From positions 151,342,001-151,406,000 of the forward strand of contig NC_135880.1 of the NCBI RefSeq assembly GCF_964194155.1: DNA of 64,000 bases, given 5' to 3'. Under the pieces are notes generated by a model that did not search any database, had not been told where the DNA came from, and saw only the letters and a list, made by a program, of their open reading frames with translations. Shown here in pieces: positions 48,240 to 61,384 of this stretch (the stretch's first letter is position 1; each line of letters opens with the position of its first letter). The position numbers were made by a program, and so were the translations under genes. The stretch is from Cetorhinus maximus. Lineage: Eukaryota.

Positions 48240-51200
48240 AGAGTGTGGAGTACAGAGTGATCAGAGAACTGAGAACTTTGTAAACAAAGTGACAAGCTGG
48301 TAATTTGATGCAATTGGGAATTCAATGCAGAGGGTAAAGGAAGGGCTACTTTTAATTCTCTTTATTTTACTTCCAGTAGCCGGTGAACATTTCCTTTTGT
48401 CGCTGAGCTATAACTTGCTAATTCTTTGCTTTACCAAATTAATAACTAAATAGCTAATCAAATAAATAAATAAATAAGGTTAGATAGACATGGCAAAGCA
48501 GGTGGTGTAACTGCAACATATGGGAGTTTGTGGAATGTATTACATTCCTGGATAACTATTTCTCTGGTAGGCATTTGCACCTTGAACAACTTCAGCTCAA
48601 AAGTTGCTGAGCTGAGTCTGAGCTGCACAGATTGTGGGGCATCTGGGAGGTGGAAAGTCATTTGGACACTTTGCTCCAAAAGGCAATCACACCCTTTAGG
48701 TTAAGTTGAACTTTAGAGTTGGCCAATGGTCAGGGACATGGGGGTGTGATAATAAGTCAAGCAGACATGGGGATCCAGGATGCAGTGATGGAGGAACCAT
48801 GGTCTTCGACTTTGACCAGTAAGCACAAAGTACTTGGTACCTGTGCAGATGAGAGCATGGATTGCAGGGTGGATGGGAAAACTGGCTGTAGCACCATGGG
48901 GCAGGGAGCTATTCAAGTGGGAGGAATGTAGAGGAATGCGGTAGTGATAGGGGATTGTCTAGTAGTAGTTAGGGATATAGATACTCTTCTCTGAAGCCGC
49001 GACCGGGAGTTTCGAAGTTTGTGTTGCCTGCCTGGTGCCAGGGTTAAAGACATTTTCTCATGTCTGGAGATAAACTTGGGGTGGGTGGATCCAGTTTTCG
49101 TGATCCATGGCAGAACCAAACATAGATGGAATTAGGAATGGTGTTCTGCTGAGAGAGAGATTAAGGAGTCATGGCACATTAAAGCACAGAACCTCAAAGG
49201 TAATAATCTCTGCAACAATGGGCATAATGTCAGCCAGATTACAGAATTAAATACACGGCTCAAAAACAGATGTGGAAAGAAGAGACTTTGTTGAGCACTG
49301 GCTCCAATGCTGGGAAAAAAGGGAGTTGTTCCATTGGAATGGGTTACACTTCATCCAGCTGGGATCAGTGTCCTGGCAAATCAGGTAATAAGGGTTCAGG
49401 CCAGGGCTCTAAAGTAAAAAGGGCAGGTGAATGGATCAGGTGAAGGGAGATTTTGAAGTCTAAAGAGAAAAGTCGAGGCAATAGAGCAGTGCAACAATTT
49501 GGGTAAAGAGAAGCAGATTGGGACAGGAGAGAACAAAATGTTGAACAGTAATAGGGCATTAGTGAGTAAGGTCCATGCAAAGAATAGCATTAAAAACGCT
49601 AAAGGCTCTTTATCTGAATGCGCAAAGCTCCTGTAATAAGATAGTTGAACTAGTTGTATAAATAGAGATAAGTAGTTTAGATCTAATTGCCAATACTGAG
49701 ACATGGATACAATGTGACAAAGGCTGGGAAACAAATATTCCAGAGTACACAACATTTTTAAAAGTCAGTCAGAATGGAAAAGAAGGAGAAGGAGCCCTGT
49801 GAGTAATGATATAAGGACCGTAGTGAGAAAGGGTCTTGGCTCAGGAGATGAAGAAGTAGAATCAGTTGGATGGAGATTAGAAAGAACAAAGTTGAGAAAA
49901 TGGTAGTTTATAGCCCCCTAATTGTATTTATGCCATTGGACAGCACATTTAGCAAAAAATAATTACCTTTACTATAAGCTCCAATGTAATAATCGTGGGA
50001 GACGTTAACCTTCATATAGACTGGACAAATCAATTTTTAAAGATTCATTTATGGGATGTGGGCATCGCTGGCTAGGCCAGCATTTATTGCCTATCTCCAA
50101 TTGCCCTTAAGAAAGTGGTGATAAGCTTCCTTCTTGAACCACTGCAGTCCACGATGCAAGATGAGTTTGTAGAATGCTTTTGCAACATTTTCCCACCACA
50201 ATACATTCTGGAATTAACTAAGGATAAAGCTGGTTTAGATCCAGTATTGCATCCTTCAAAGTCACTGGGTCAGAATCCTAGAACTACCCCCCCTAATAGC
50301 ACTGTGGGTGTACCCACACCACATGGACTACAGCGGTTCAAGAAGGCAGCTCAACATTACCTTCTCAAGGGCACTTAGGGATGGGCAATAAATGCTGGCC
50401 TAGCCAGTGATGCCCACATCCTGTGAATGAATAGTAAAAAAATGAGGCAGGTTTAATTAGTAATCTCGTAATAAAAGATCCTCTGGGGAAAAAGTGATCA
50501 CAATACAATTCAATTCCATATTAAGTTTGAGAGTGACATGCTCCAGTCACAAGCCAGGATTGTTTTTGTTTGCTCATGGAATGTGGGCATCACTCGATAG
50601 GCCAGCATTTATTGCCCATCCCTCATTGCCCTCAAGATCTTAAAAACTTAAACAAAACCAATTACATAGGTATGAGGGGAAAGCTAGTTAAGGTTAATTG
50701 GTAAGTATACAAAAAGGTACGATGGTGAATAAGCAAACAGTCCGAAATATTTAAATAAACAATTCAAAATTTTCAGAAACACTACATTCTATTAAAGAAG
50801 AAAAATGTAGCGAGAAAGATGCAGTCATGGATTACTTGGGAAGTTAAGGACAGTATTACATTAAAAGAGGCTTATATTGTTGTGAAGGATAGTAGTGAGC
50901 CTGAACATTGGGAGAGTTTCCAAAACCAGCAAAAGGTGAGGAAAAAGCTAATAAAAATGGAAAAGAAAATCAAGTAAACTAGCCAGCAATATAAAGACAG
51001 ATTGTTAGAGCTTTTACTGGTATATAAAAGGAGAGTAGCTAAAGTAAATTTTAATTTCTTAGAAGCAGAGGCAGGAGAAAGTATTATGTGGAATGAGGAA
51101 ATGACATAGATGTTGAAACGAATATTTTGTGTCTATCTTCATAGTGGAAGACATAAATTTCATACCAGAAACAGGAGGATAACCAAGGGGCTAATAAGAA

Positions 51201-52810
51201 TGAGGAAATTAAATAAATTAATGTTAACTGAGAAAAAGTACTGGAGAAACTTAAGGGATCAAAAGCTGATCAATTCACAGGATGTGAAGGCCTACATCCT
51301 AGCATTCTAAAAATGGTAGCTGCAGAGCTAGTAAATGCCCCGGTTATGATTTTTCAAAATTCCTCAGATTTTAAAACATTTCCAATGGATTGGAAATTAG
51401 CAAATGTAACACTGCTATTCAAGAAAGGAGGCAGAGAGAAAGCATGGAACTACAGGCCAGTTATCCTGACATCAGTCATCAGGAAAATGCTGGAATCGAT
51501 TATTGAAGAAGTATTAACAATGCACTTAGAAAGTTATTGTACGATCAACACGGTTTTATGAAAGTGAAATCATGTTTGTCAATTTTATTAGAATTTTTTG
51601 AGGATATATCCAGTTGGGCAGATAAAGGGGAGCCAGAAAATGTAGTATACGTGGATTTCCAAAAGGTATCCAATAAGTTGCCACGCAAAAGGTTAATACG
51701 CAAAATAAGGGTTCATGAAGTTAGTGGTAAATATATTAACATGGATAGAGGATGGTTAACAGACAGGGAGCAAAGAGGTGGCATAAATGGGTAAATTTCA
51801 AGTTGGCAGACTAATGGAGTGCTGCAAGGACCAATGCTGGGGTCTCAGCTATTTTGCAATCTATATTATTGACTATTATTAGACAACAAGGAGAATAATG
51901 TTTGCTGACAATACAAAGTTGGGTGGGAATGTAAGCTGTGAGAAACACAGAAGATGCTGCCAAGAGAATAGACAGATTAAGTGAGTGGGCAAAACGATGG
52001 CAGAATGAATATAATGTGGGAAGTTGTGAGGTTATTCACTTTGGTAGTACGAATAGAAAAGCAGAATATTTTTAAAGGCATGAAACTTCTAAATAGCGAT
52101 GTTCAGAGAGACTTAGGTGTACTCATACAAGGAACATAAAGTGAGCATCAAGGTACAGCAAGCAATTAAGAAGGTAATTAGCATATTGGCTTTGATTGTA
52201 ATGGGATTGGAGCACTAAAATAAGTGAGTCTTGCTACAATTGTATAGGGCTTTGGAGTATTGGGCACAGTCCTAATTAGCATGTGCAAGGAAGGATATAC
52301 TTGCATTGGAGGCAGAACAGCGATGGTTCACTAGATTGGTTCCTGGGATGAGAGGGTTGTCCTATGATGACAGCCTGAGTAAATTGAGTAAATTGGATCT
52401 ATACTTTCTGGAGTTTAGAAGAATGAGAGATGATCTCATTCAAACATACAAGATTCAGAAGGGGCTTGGGGTTGACACTGAGTTTGTTTCCCTTGGCTGG
52501 GGAATCTAGAACATGGGGACATAGACTCAAAGTTAAGGGGCTGATCATTAAGAACTGAAATGTCAAGAAATTTCTTCACTCAAAGAGTTTTGAATCTTTG
52601 AAATTCTTTATCCCAGTGGATCGTGGATGGTCCATTGTTGACAATATTTAAGGCTATGATAGATTTTTGGTGTCTTAGGGAATCAAGGGATATGGGGAGC
52701 AGGCAGGAACATGGAGCTGAAGCCCAAAATCAGCCATAACCACATTGAATTGTGGAACAGGTTCAAGGTTACATATCATCTACTCCTGCTTCTATTTCTT
52801 ATGTTCTTAA
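48240..52810 (+). mobile_element. Near full-length decayed CR1 LINE (5' UTR, ORF1 zinc finger + esterase, ORF2 APE-RT, tail)
   Basis: ORF1 from ~48490 with AVVIGD..VRDID..CCLPGARVKDI; ORF2 with DWKLANVTLLFKKG..NYRPVILTS and QHGFMK.KSCL; tail ends TTCTTATGTTCTTA. Nested LINE tails at ~50035-50150(-), 50250-50440(+) and 50565-50635(-). Confidence 0.9.
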
Positions 52811-53309
52811 ACACTCAAACAACTTGGTTAGAGAGGTAGCTAGTTCTGGAGCACAATTATCATGTTTGAGACATGCTAGCCCCCAGAATTAGTACTTCAC
52901 AATGGCAGCCATCTACCTCTGCAGCAAACATGTGCACCCTCCAACATGCCACCATAACTGAAGGCACTATTCCACAAAAGTACATCTTTCAAAAAAATCT
53001 ATTTAGAAAAAGTGATAAACGCTTGTAAATAAATCTATCATCAGCTACAACAAACAGGAAGATTTGCACAATTGGTCGGGAGTTAATAATGATGGGATGA
53101 AACTTAATCTTTAAATGTATTAAAACATGGTTTGGCTTCATATCAAGCTACCACAACACATTAATTTTTCAAAACTCTGCAGAAAATAAAAAAAACAGAA
53201 AAACAGAACCAGGCTGCTGCAAGCTCACACACATCTAACAATACTTATTAAGCCCAGCCTCAGTATTCTGATGATCAAAGATGTTCAATGTTCTCATTCA
53301 CCTCCTAAA

Positions 53310-53720
53310 GAAAGAAACAGCATCTCTATGATGCCTTCCATGACCTCATGACATCTCAGTGCGTTTTATAACCAATTAAGTACTTTTGAAGTGTAGGACA
53401 GCCAATTTGGGCACAACTAGGTCCAAGTGCAATGACCAGAATTTGTCTTTGCTAATGTTGGTTGAGATAAATACTGGCCAAGACTTGGAGGGAATTTTGC
53501 CTCTTTCCTTCAAATAACCCAATGGGATCTTTTACATCCACCCAATAAGACAAATAGGACTTTGGTTTAATGTTTCATCCAAGTGATGACAACTCCAACA
53601 GTGTAGCACTTCCTTAGAACTGCACTAAGTGTCAGCCCAGGTTATGTGTCCAAGTCTCTGGGGTGAGACTTGAACTCAATACCTCCAACTCAGGCATGGG
53701 TGCTACCGATGAGACAAGGC
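53310..53720 (-). mobile_element. Deu-domain SINE
   Basis: GGGATCTTTTACATCCACC..GGTTTAATGTTTCATCC is the reverse complement of the Deu core. A second partial copy lies at 53925-54145. Confidence 0.75.
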
Positions 53721-54364
53721 TGTCACATTCCAGCCAGCTCCCAGCATGATACACCATACCCATCAACTCATCCACATACAGCAGTACTCCACATTAGTTC
53801 CCTTCCCTACCCTATATCTCTGCAATACATTAAATATCTTAGGGCTATGTGCATCTCCGCTCTACAAAAATTTTTCAAGACCTTTTTTTCATTCTAAATT
53901 CTTACACCCTTATTTATAAAACATTCATGTAACACCTTTCTCAATATCCCAAAGTGTTTTACAGTCAATGAAGTATCTTTGAAGTGTAGTCACGGTTGTA
54001 AAGTAGGAAACACAGCAGCTAATTTACACAGCAAATTCCCACAAACAGTAATGTGATAATGACCAGATAATCTGTTTTTCTGGTATGATGTTGATTAGGG
54101 GATAAATATTGTCCATTCAGGATACCAGGGATAACTCACCGCCTTTGGATATCATGTTATGACACCTTTTATTTACAAACGAACCTGCCTATAAAACTTG
54201 CCCACTAAAATTACAACTGACGTTTTAGCCTAGCTTGTGTCTCTCCCAGTGTCTCAGTCTGTTTTGCAGAAAAGTTGCTAGATTCAACCAGCTGCTCCCA
54301 AACTTAAATTCTGCTGTTTAACTATAAATAGTTAACTAATAGTCAAATATTACATCCTTACATA

Positions 54365-54457
54365 AATAAAAACAAAAAGTGCTGGAAAAACTAAGCAGGT
54401 CTGGGAGCATCTGTGGAGAAACAGAGTTAACATTTTGAGTCCAATATGACTCTTCAA
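54365..54457 (-). mobile_element. Penelope family A terminal fragment
   Basis: AAAACAAAAAGTGCTGGAAAAACTAAGCAGGTCTGG..GAGTTAACATTTTGAGTCC..GACTCTTC. Confidence 0.7.
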
Positions 54458-56109
54458 AGTCTGGGCAAACAACATAGGTAATGATATTTAAAAATTGTGT
54501 ACAGGAGTCATTGGCAGTAAAAACAGAATATATAACAATGGGATGTAGTTTATTTTATAAGATAAATAAACATTGTAACACAATTCATTCACGAGCATAA
54601 CATCTCCATTTGTACATACACTTGAAAGTCCAACCATAAGTCGTTTCAGTGTTTCCTCCCCAACTTTTAGACACTTGAAATGTTATCACAGGGACTGCCT
54701 ACATTATACTTTGTATGTATAACAAGGTAATTTATTATGAAAACTTAAATACTATTCACTTTACTAATATTCATTGCTATGAATTTGCCCAAAATGCGTA
54801 TCCCTGATCAGTGTGTGCAATTCCACATCTAACATAATGTTGGAGGGTTTGAAAGTCAAAGATACAAATACACAGAAGTTTGCCTCGTGGCAGAACCAAA
54901 AGTCATGACTGTTGGCTTCTCATGTTAAATCTCAAATCTACTGTAACTTAAAAGAACACAGTCATATATAGTGTTCTGTAAGACACACAACAACATCAGC
55001 ATATAAATAGGGGGACAACTGGCAACACAACATCAGCACGTCATCAATAACACCAGTTACAACATAGTTTGGAATGTTGACTGCACCTCAGTATTACAAA
55101 CTTTTCAAGTACCAATTTCTATTTAAATTAATAGGAGGGCTCAAAACTAAGTCATGGCGTGAAATTTTCCACCTTGGTAGCAACTTCCACTTGTTGCCTC
55201 ATAGTCAAGGGCATCCGCTGAAAGAACAAACTGATTGATTCTAGAGATCTTTTCATGCAGACAGTATTCAGAAGATAGAATACCCAAATAGAAACAACAG
55301 CAGAAAATAATCTATGACAAGTTATCTTTAAGGCAAGTGATAAATGGTTAACAAGTACTTAGAAGAATATGGAAAAAAAGGATCGAGAAATAGGACTAAG
55401 TGAACAATTTTCAAAGAGTCAGCACAGACACAATGGGCCTGATCGCTTCCTGTAGTGCTATAACACTGAACGAAGAAGTTTTGTGATAGAAGGTATTAAG
55501 AGATTTGTGCCACAGCCCCTTAAGCCATTTCTCATTATCCTCTTGGTAGATCAAGAATGCAATTTTGAGTTAGTAAAAGGGCAGCAGCAAGCCCCAAACT
55601 GCCCTCACGCACAACAACTTAAAGGCATTTCATTCAAAAACAATACACGCATTTTCCACCATTTCAAAGACACAACGATGGGCTCTAGTCACATCCTTTG
55701 TGTTGTTACGAAATTTTCCCTGCAGATGTGAGAGGACCACTTATGCTCCGGAATGCAAAAAAAATCCTAAGTCCTCAAGAGATTTATGATTTAAATTACT
55801 ATTACATTGGAGAAACATTCCCATTTCATCAGGAGTCTCCTTTCAGCTGCACTAAGCCCAAAATTGACTGGCAATATTTCAGAATTAAGGGCGTAATTTT
55901 CACTCTCAGGAATTGAGCAGTGGGGAATCGCGGGAAGGGAAAGAGATGGAAGGAGGAAGAGAGCTGATCGTGGGCGGGGGTGTTGCAGGATGGAGGAGAG
56001 AACAAAGGCGAGCTGAGGAAGAGATAAAGGGGGTAAGAAAGAAACAAGGGGTCCAAAGGGGGGAGAAGGGGAAAAAAGGGGGGGAAAAGAGAGGGGCAAG
56101 AGAGAGATG

Positions 56110-56758
56110 GGGGAAGGAGAGCGGGTAGGTGGGGGGAAGGAGAGCGGGGAGGTGGGGGGAAGGAGAGCGGGGAGGTGGGGGGAAGGAGAGCGGGGAGGTG
56201 GGGGGAAGGAGAGCGGGGAGGTGGGGGGAAGGAGAGCGGGGAGGTGGGGGGAAGGAGAGCGGGGAGGTGGGGGGAAGGAGAGCGGGGAGGTGGGGGGAAG
56301 GAGAGCGGGGAGGTGGGGGGAAGGAGAGCGGGGAGGTGGGGGGAAGGAGAGCGGGGAGGTGGGGGGAAGGAGAGCGGGGAGGTGGGGGGAAGGAGAGCGG
56401 GGAGGTGGGGGGAAGGAGAGCGGGGAGGTGGGGGGAAGGAGAGCGGGGAGGTGGGGGGAAGGAGAGCGGGGAGGTGGGGGGAAGGAGAGCGGGGAGGTGG
56501 GGGGAAGGAGAGCGGGGAGGTGGGGGGAAGGAGAGCGGGGAGGTGGGGGGAAGGAGAGCGGGGAGGTGTGGGGAAGGAGAGCGGGGAGGTGGGGGGAAGG
56601 AGAGCGGGGAGGTGGGGGGAAGGAGAGCGGGGAGGTGTGGGGAAGGAGAGCGGGGAGGTGGGGGGAAGGAGAGCGGGGAGGTGGGGGGAAGGAGAGCGGG
56701 GAGGTGGGGGGAAGGAGAGCGGGGAGGTGGGGGGAAGGAGAGCGGGGAGGTGGGGGGA
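56110..56758. repeat. 23-bp G-rich minisatellite (GGGGAGGTGGGGGGAAGGAGAGC)n, ~28 copies
   Basis: Near-perfect tandem units within a purine-rich tract (55920-57130) that starts after a Harbinger-like end TAA|GGGCGTAATTTTC at 55889. Confidence 0.97.
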
Positions 56759-57129
56759 GAGAGTGGCATCGGGGGGAAGAGAGAAGCAGGACAATGAGGG
56801 AGGTGAGGGAATTAGGGAGGTGGGGATGGGCAGGAGCCGGGGGAGAGGGAGGAGCAGAGTGTGGGGGTGCTGAGGGTGAGGGTGGGGAGAGTGGGGAGGA
56901 GGAGGAGGAGGCGGGGGAATGAAGAGAGTGAGGCAAAGGAGGAAGGGGCAGTGGGAAGGGTCAGGGGATGGGGCAGATGGGTGAGGGGCGAACAGGGGGG
57001 CGGGCAGAGGCAGTGGGGGAGGGATGGCACAGGGGGAGGGACAGGGAGCGAAAGGGGCAGAGAGGGGAAGGGATGGAGGGGGATTTTTGCAGACAGTTAA
57101 AGAGGCAGAGGGGCAAAGAGACAGAAAAA

Positions 57130-57667
57130 GGGGTACAGTGTATAGTATTGGTCTCCTTATTTAAGGAAGGATGTAAATGCATTTCAGAGGTTTACTTGGT
57201 TAATACCTGGAATGGGCAGATTATTTTAGGAGGAAAGGCTGGACAGACTAGGCTTGTATCTGCTGGAATTTAGAAGAGTAAGAGGTGACTTGATTGAAAC
57301 ATACAATATTCTGAGAGGACTTGATAGGGTGAATGTGAAATGAATATTTCCTCTTGTGGGAGAATCTTGAACTCGGGGGTCACTGTTTCAAAATAAGGGG
57401 TCACCCATTTAAGACAGAGATGAGGAAAATGTTTTTCTCTCAAAGGGTTGAGGCACTTTGGAATTCTCTTCCTCAAAAGGCAATGGAAGCAGCGTCCTTG
57501 AATATCTTTAAGGCAGAGGTAGATAGGTTCTTAATAAGAGGGTGAAAGGTTATCAGGGCAAGGCAGGAATATGAGGTTAAAATCAGATCAGCCATGATCT
57601 TATTGAATGGCAGAGCAGGCTTGAGGAGCCAAGTGGCCAACTGCTGGTCCTGATTCATAAGTTCACA
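57130..57667 (+). mobile_element. CR1 3' fragment followed by a MITE right end (to 57872)
   Basis: FKTEMRKMFFSQRVEALWNSLPQ; ..TAAAAATCCTGGCC at 57872. Confidence 0.8.
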
Positions 57668-58107
57668 TGACCCTCCTCGAGAATGGGGCGGGGAGGGCAT
57701 TGGGGTGCCTACTTTCAACATTGGAACACCCCTCCCCCACTGCCCCCACAAGATCTGGCCCTTGTGGGTGCTCATTGCTCCACCCACTATCCACCCAGCC
57801 TCTCCACCACTCCCTGGGCCGCAACTCCCTGCCCGGAGAACCCCGTGCCCTAACATCCTAAAAATCCTGGCCACAAACCAGGAGAAAGGTGCAAGAAGTG
57901 AAACACAAACTGGGGAGGAAGGGTTGGACAGAAACCTTACATAGATCTAATGCTTGTGATCTGCGTACAATAGGTGCTGTTCAGGAAGTCAGGTAGCTTT
58001 GGTGTTTCTCTCTGAGACTGAGCCTGATCTTCTTGAAGCTGGGCTACAGTGATGGAGTGTGGGAGCAAGAGAATTGGATTCAGTTTGGTTTTGGTTTATT
58101 AATTTTT

Positions 58108-60460
58108 TTTCATAACCATGTGTCCTAAAAAGACAGATTCTGTCCTGACTCAATTGTATGTGTTCCTTTTACAGCACATGATCAGTATGTTTGTATGTAA
58201 GAGGTATGTATCTTCTTACCCTCAAGAGTGTGGATCTCAAAGTAAAATATTCGACCAGCAAGCTTTTGTGAGTTTTAGAATAAAAGAGGTTATGTATTCT
58301 CACACACGTACTCCAAATTTAACACAACATCTCACTCACTCATCTCACACACACAAAGGTTAGATACAGATGAAGGTTATATACCATTAATGATTATTTC
58401 TAACTCAGTCTTTGGTTTTTGGTTGCTGTCTTCCAACAAGGCAGGTCCGGTTTCTTCAATGGTTTTTATGCTTTTAAGTTGAAACAAAGATCTTGGAAAG
58501 CAAAGGGTTTTCAGCAGGCTGTGAGGTTTCTTGTAGTCAAGTTTCTAGGAGGTCTCAGGTGAACTTTAACTGGCACAGAAAGGGAAGTCCCTCTCTATGT
58601 TGGGTGATCCTACTTTTCAAGGTATTGCTGTTTATTACCTGAGTTCCCTGGAGTATTTGCAGTTCATTTGATGGCTTTTGGTGGAACTCCATCTGCAAGC
58701 AGCTTTTGCTGATTTTAACAGCAGACATAAAACATGGCTGTCTCGTCATATGACCTTTTACAAGTTCAAAGCCCTTTTCTCAATAAGGTGGGTGGTTATG
58801 TTGATTATACATTCTGTGTTGCGGGTTTAACGCCTTGAGAGTTTGAGACAGCCAGTATCTTTGTGTTTGAATGACCCACTCAATTTGATAATACCCTTTG
58901 GATTAGTTTCAGGAAAGGACATTGATTCAACATCAGACTGGAATGTTCTTTTTTTTCCCTTTGAGACATGGTAGTGCTTTCAATCTGCGAAAGAAGTCAG
59001 ATATCTCAGGTGACCATCTTTTGCAGTCTTTTGAGGTCACTTTTAAAATATAAAAATTAGCTTGATGTTCAGAATATACAGGGGCATGACACACCTCCGC
59101 CACACGAGAAAAACATTGATTCTTGTAGACTTCTTTTTACATGGCTTCCTTGAGAAGCTAAAGAAAACATCCTCATTCACTATTCGCTCTCCACACATCC
59201 GGACATTATACAGGAACCTGATCTTGCTACAGCTCCTCCGTCTGTTGCATTCCCACTTTCCTTAATATCCCCAGTTACGTGTTATTGCTGAATGTTCATT
59301 AATGTCGGTACGCAAGGTTTCCAAAGTTGTAACTTTAACAGACATTATGATTCGCAATGTATTTGGGGAAGTTCAAACTCTATGCTGGCTCCAAGGGAGG
59401 AGTCAGGTTTCACAGATCTGGGTTCTGTTTCCAAGTCAGTCATTTGCAAATGCTCCTGACTGTTGTGTTTTGTTTTGCAAACCCTTTCATGGTTTCCCTA
59501 ACCCATGAGTCTGATCGTTTAGATTCTGGTCCATTGCTGATTCATATTTCTGTGGTGTGGTTTGAACCCAAATGTTCTACCCCTGCACCCTAAACTAAAC
59601 TGTTGTATTTTGGCAGCTTTAAGTTTTTAACCTGATCCTGTGATGGTTAGTGGATGTTTCTATGTTAGCTGCACTTGTACTTCCCCTGGGACTTTCACAA
59701 GTGCTGTTTGATTTAGGGTGCACTGACTTCCCTGTTTTTGTTACATTGAGGATGGGTTTTTCCTCAATCTGCACATGTCCCCTGGGACACTGCTGCCCAC
59801 AGGTGCTTTGCCAGCTTCTGCTGCACTCCCCTGTGGCACTTTGAATGGGTGAGATGTCTCCCTCACTGTCTGCCTGCTGGTTTTGTAACTTTCTCTGTCT
59901 CCTGAAAAAAGGTGCCTGCAAACCAGGCTTCTGGCTCAGCCCCGTCTTTCCTTTTACGTTCTGCAGGCCTTGTCAGGGCCTCTTTAAACGCTACAGGCCT
60001 AAGTTTGGCCTCTAACTTTTATGGGTTCCATCCTGACCCTTTCTACTTCAGTAGGCCCTTTCCTGGCCTCCAGAAAATCCTCTGACTTTCCTATTTCCTT
60101 AATCCTTCTTGGCTCTATCACCCCCCTGTAGGATGTTAGGGACTTCCTCAGCTTTCTGCAGTTGAGCAGAATTTTGCTGGTTCCCTTCTGTTTTGCCAGT
60201 CTCCATGGAATTCTCTGGACACAATACCCGGTACTTCACCAAATCGTTTCCCAACAATAGGTTCATTCCCTGTACTGGGAAGCTTGGACATCCCTAATTG
60301 TCATTGCACCAGTGACCCACTTACTTTACTGGTGAAATTTTATGAGGAGACCCCTTAAAAATGTGCCATTAAGCCCTTTTATGAGCGCTGTGGTGTTTGT
60401 CCTGCCTTCAGTCGGCATCCCAGTAGCCTTCACTACAAGAAGTCTTTGAAAACACCTAGT
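58108..60460 (-). mobile_element. Gypsy-type LTR retrotransposon relic: 3' LTR (58108-59091), PPT and protease-like remnant
   Basis: Minus strand GGCGGAGGTG|TGTCATGCCCC (PPT|LTR start at 59091). 60230-60460(-) reads ALIKGLNGTF..SKWVTG..GMNLLLGNDL, like the LLGND protease C-terminal motif. No RT or integrase seen. Confidence 0.6.
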
Positions 60461-60485
60461 ATTTCTAAAAATCATTCCCTCTCTT

Positions 60486-60870
60486 GTGCAGTCCATGTCC
60501 AAATGCAGCAAGACCTGTACAATATCCAGGCTTGGGCTGACAAGCGGCAAGTGACATTCGTGCCATACAAGTGCCAGGCAATGACCATCTCCAACAAGAG
60601 AGAATCCAACATCGTCCCTTGACTTTCAATGGCATTACTATCACTATCAACATCCTGGGGGTTACCATTGACCAGAAACGGAACTGGACTAGCCATATAA
60701 ATACTGCAGCTACAAGGGCAGGTCAGATGCTAGGAATCTTGCGGCGAGAAACTCACCACCTGACTCCCTAAAGCCTGTCCACCAATCTACAAGGCATGTC
60801 AGGAGTGTGATGGAATACTCCCCACTTGCCTGGATGAACGCAGCTCCCACAACACTCAAGAAATTCAACC
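60486..60870 (+). mobile_element. APE-RT LINE family fragment
   Basis: Matches 13062-13450 (QQDLYNIQAWADK.QVTF..KCQAMTISNKR). Confidence 0.85.
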
Positions 60871-60871
60871 A

Positions 60872-61367
60872 TCATCCGTTGTGACCATCAACCGTGACTT
60901 TCCAACTTCCTTGACCTGCTTCACAGCGGAACCATGTCCATGAGAATCCACCCAGCATGCCATGGACGTTCCTCCAGGATCCCGTTGGTGTCAGGCTCCA
61001 GCATCTTCTGCTCTTGTATGTCCGTGATGTGAGTAAGGCCCTGGCAGTAAGGCCTGAGCTCTGCACGTCACTGTTGTCAAGACTTGTTCTGCACCAGCGG
61101 GTTTTCCCGCTAAATTGGGTGGATGATCCAGCAAGCAGGGGCGGGGGGGATGAGTGCGGCAGGCTGGCCTTATAATGATATGCAGATATATTGCAATGAG
61201 GTTCCCGACATCCGATGGTGGATAATGCAGCCTGCGATCGACGGGCTGAGAGGATGATTGCAAACTGGTTTCATGATGTCGCGAAACCGATTTTTGCCCT
61301 TCTTGTCATATTGTCCGCTCACGCCACCGAGCACACCCAACACCAGTGGACGTGGAAAATCCCAGCC
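60872..61367. mobile_element. Right-end fragment of the Harbinger family
   Basis: Homologous to 45500-45962 and 28590-28830; ends GGAAAATCCCAGCC. Confidence 0.75.
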
Positions 61368-61384
61368 AACATGTATTTTTTCAG

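Noticed and set aside
56110-56758. CRISPR-like array
   Set aside because: Head-to-tail tandem repeat with no unique spacers and no cas genes, in a eukaryotic context.
55791-56936. Long Pro-rich and Gly/Arg/Glu-rich ORFs (up to 381 aa) in all six frames
   Set aside because: They are translations of a stop-free 23-bp minisatellite; the unit is not a multiple of 3 and all frames are open.
58959-58990. Minus-strand ATGTCTCAAAG (MSQR), resembling the end of the preceding ADGRL3 exon
   Set aside because: Followed by GG rather than GT; upstream codons (IESTT) do not match the expected PDAYKI-like sequence; lies inside a putative LTR.
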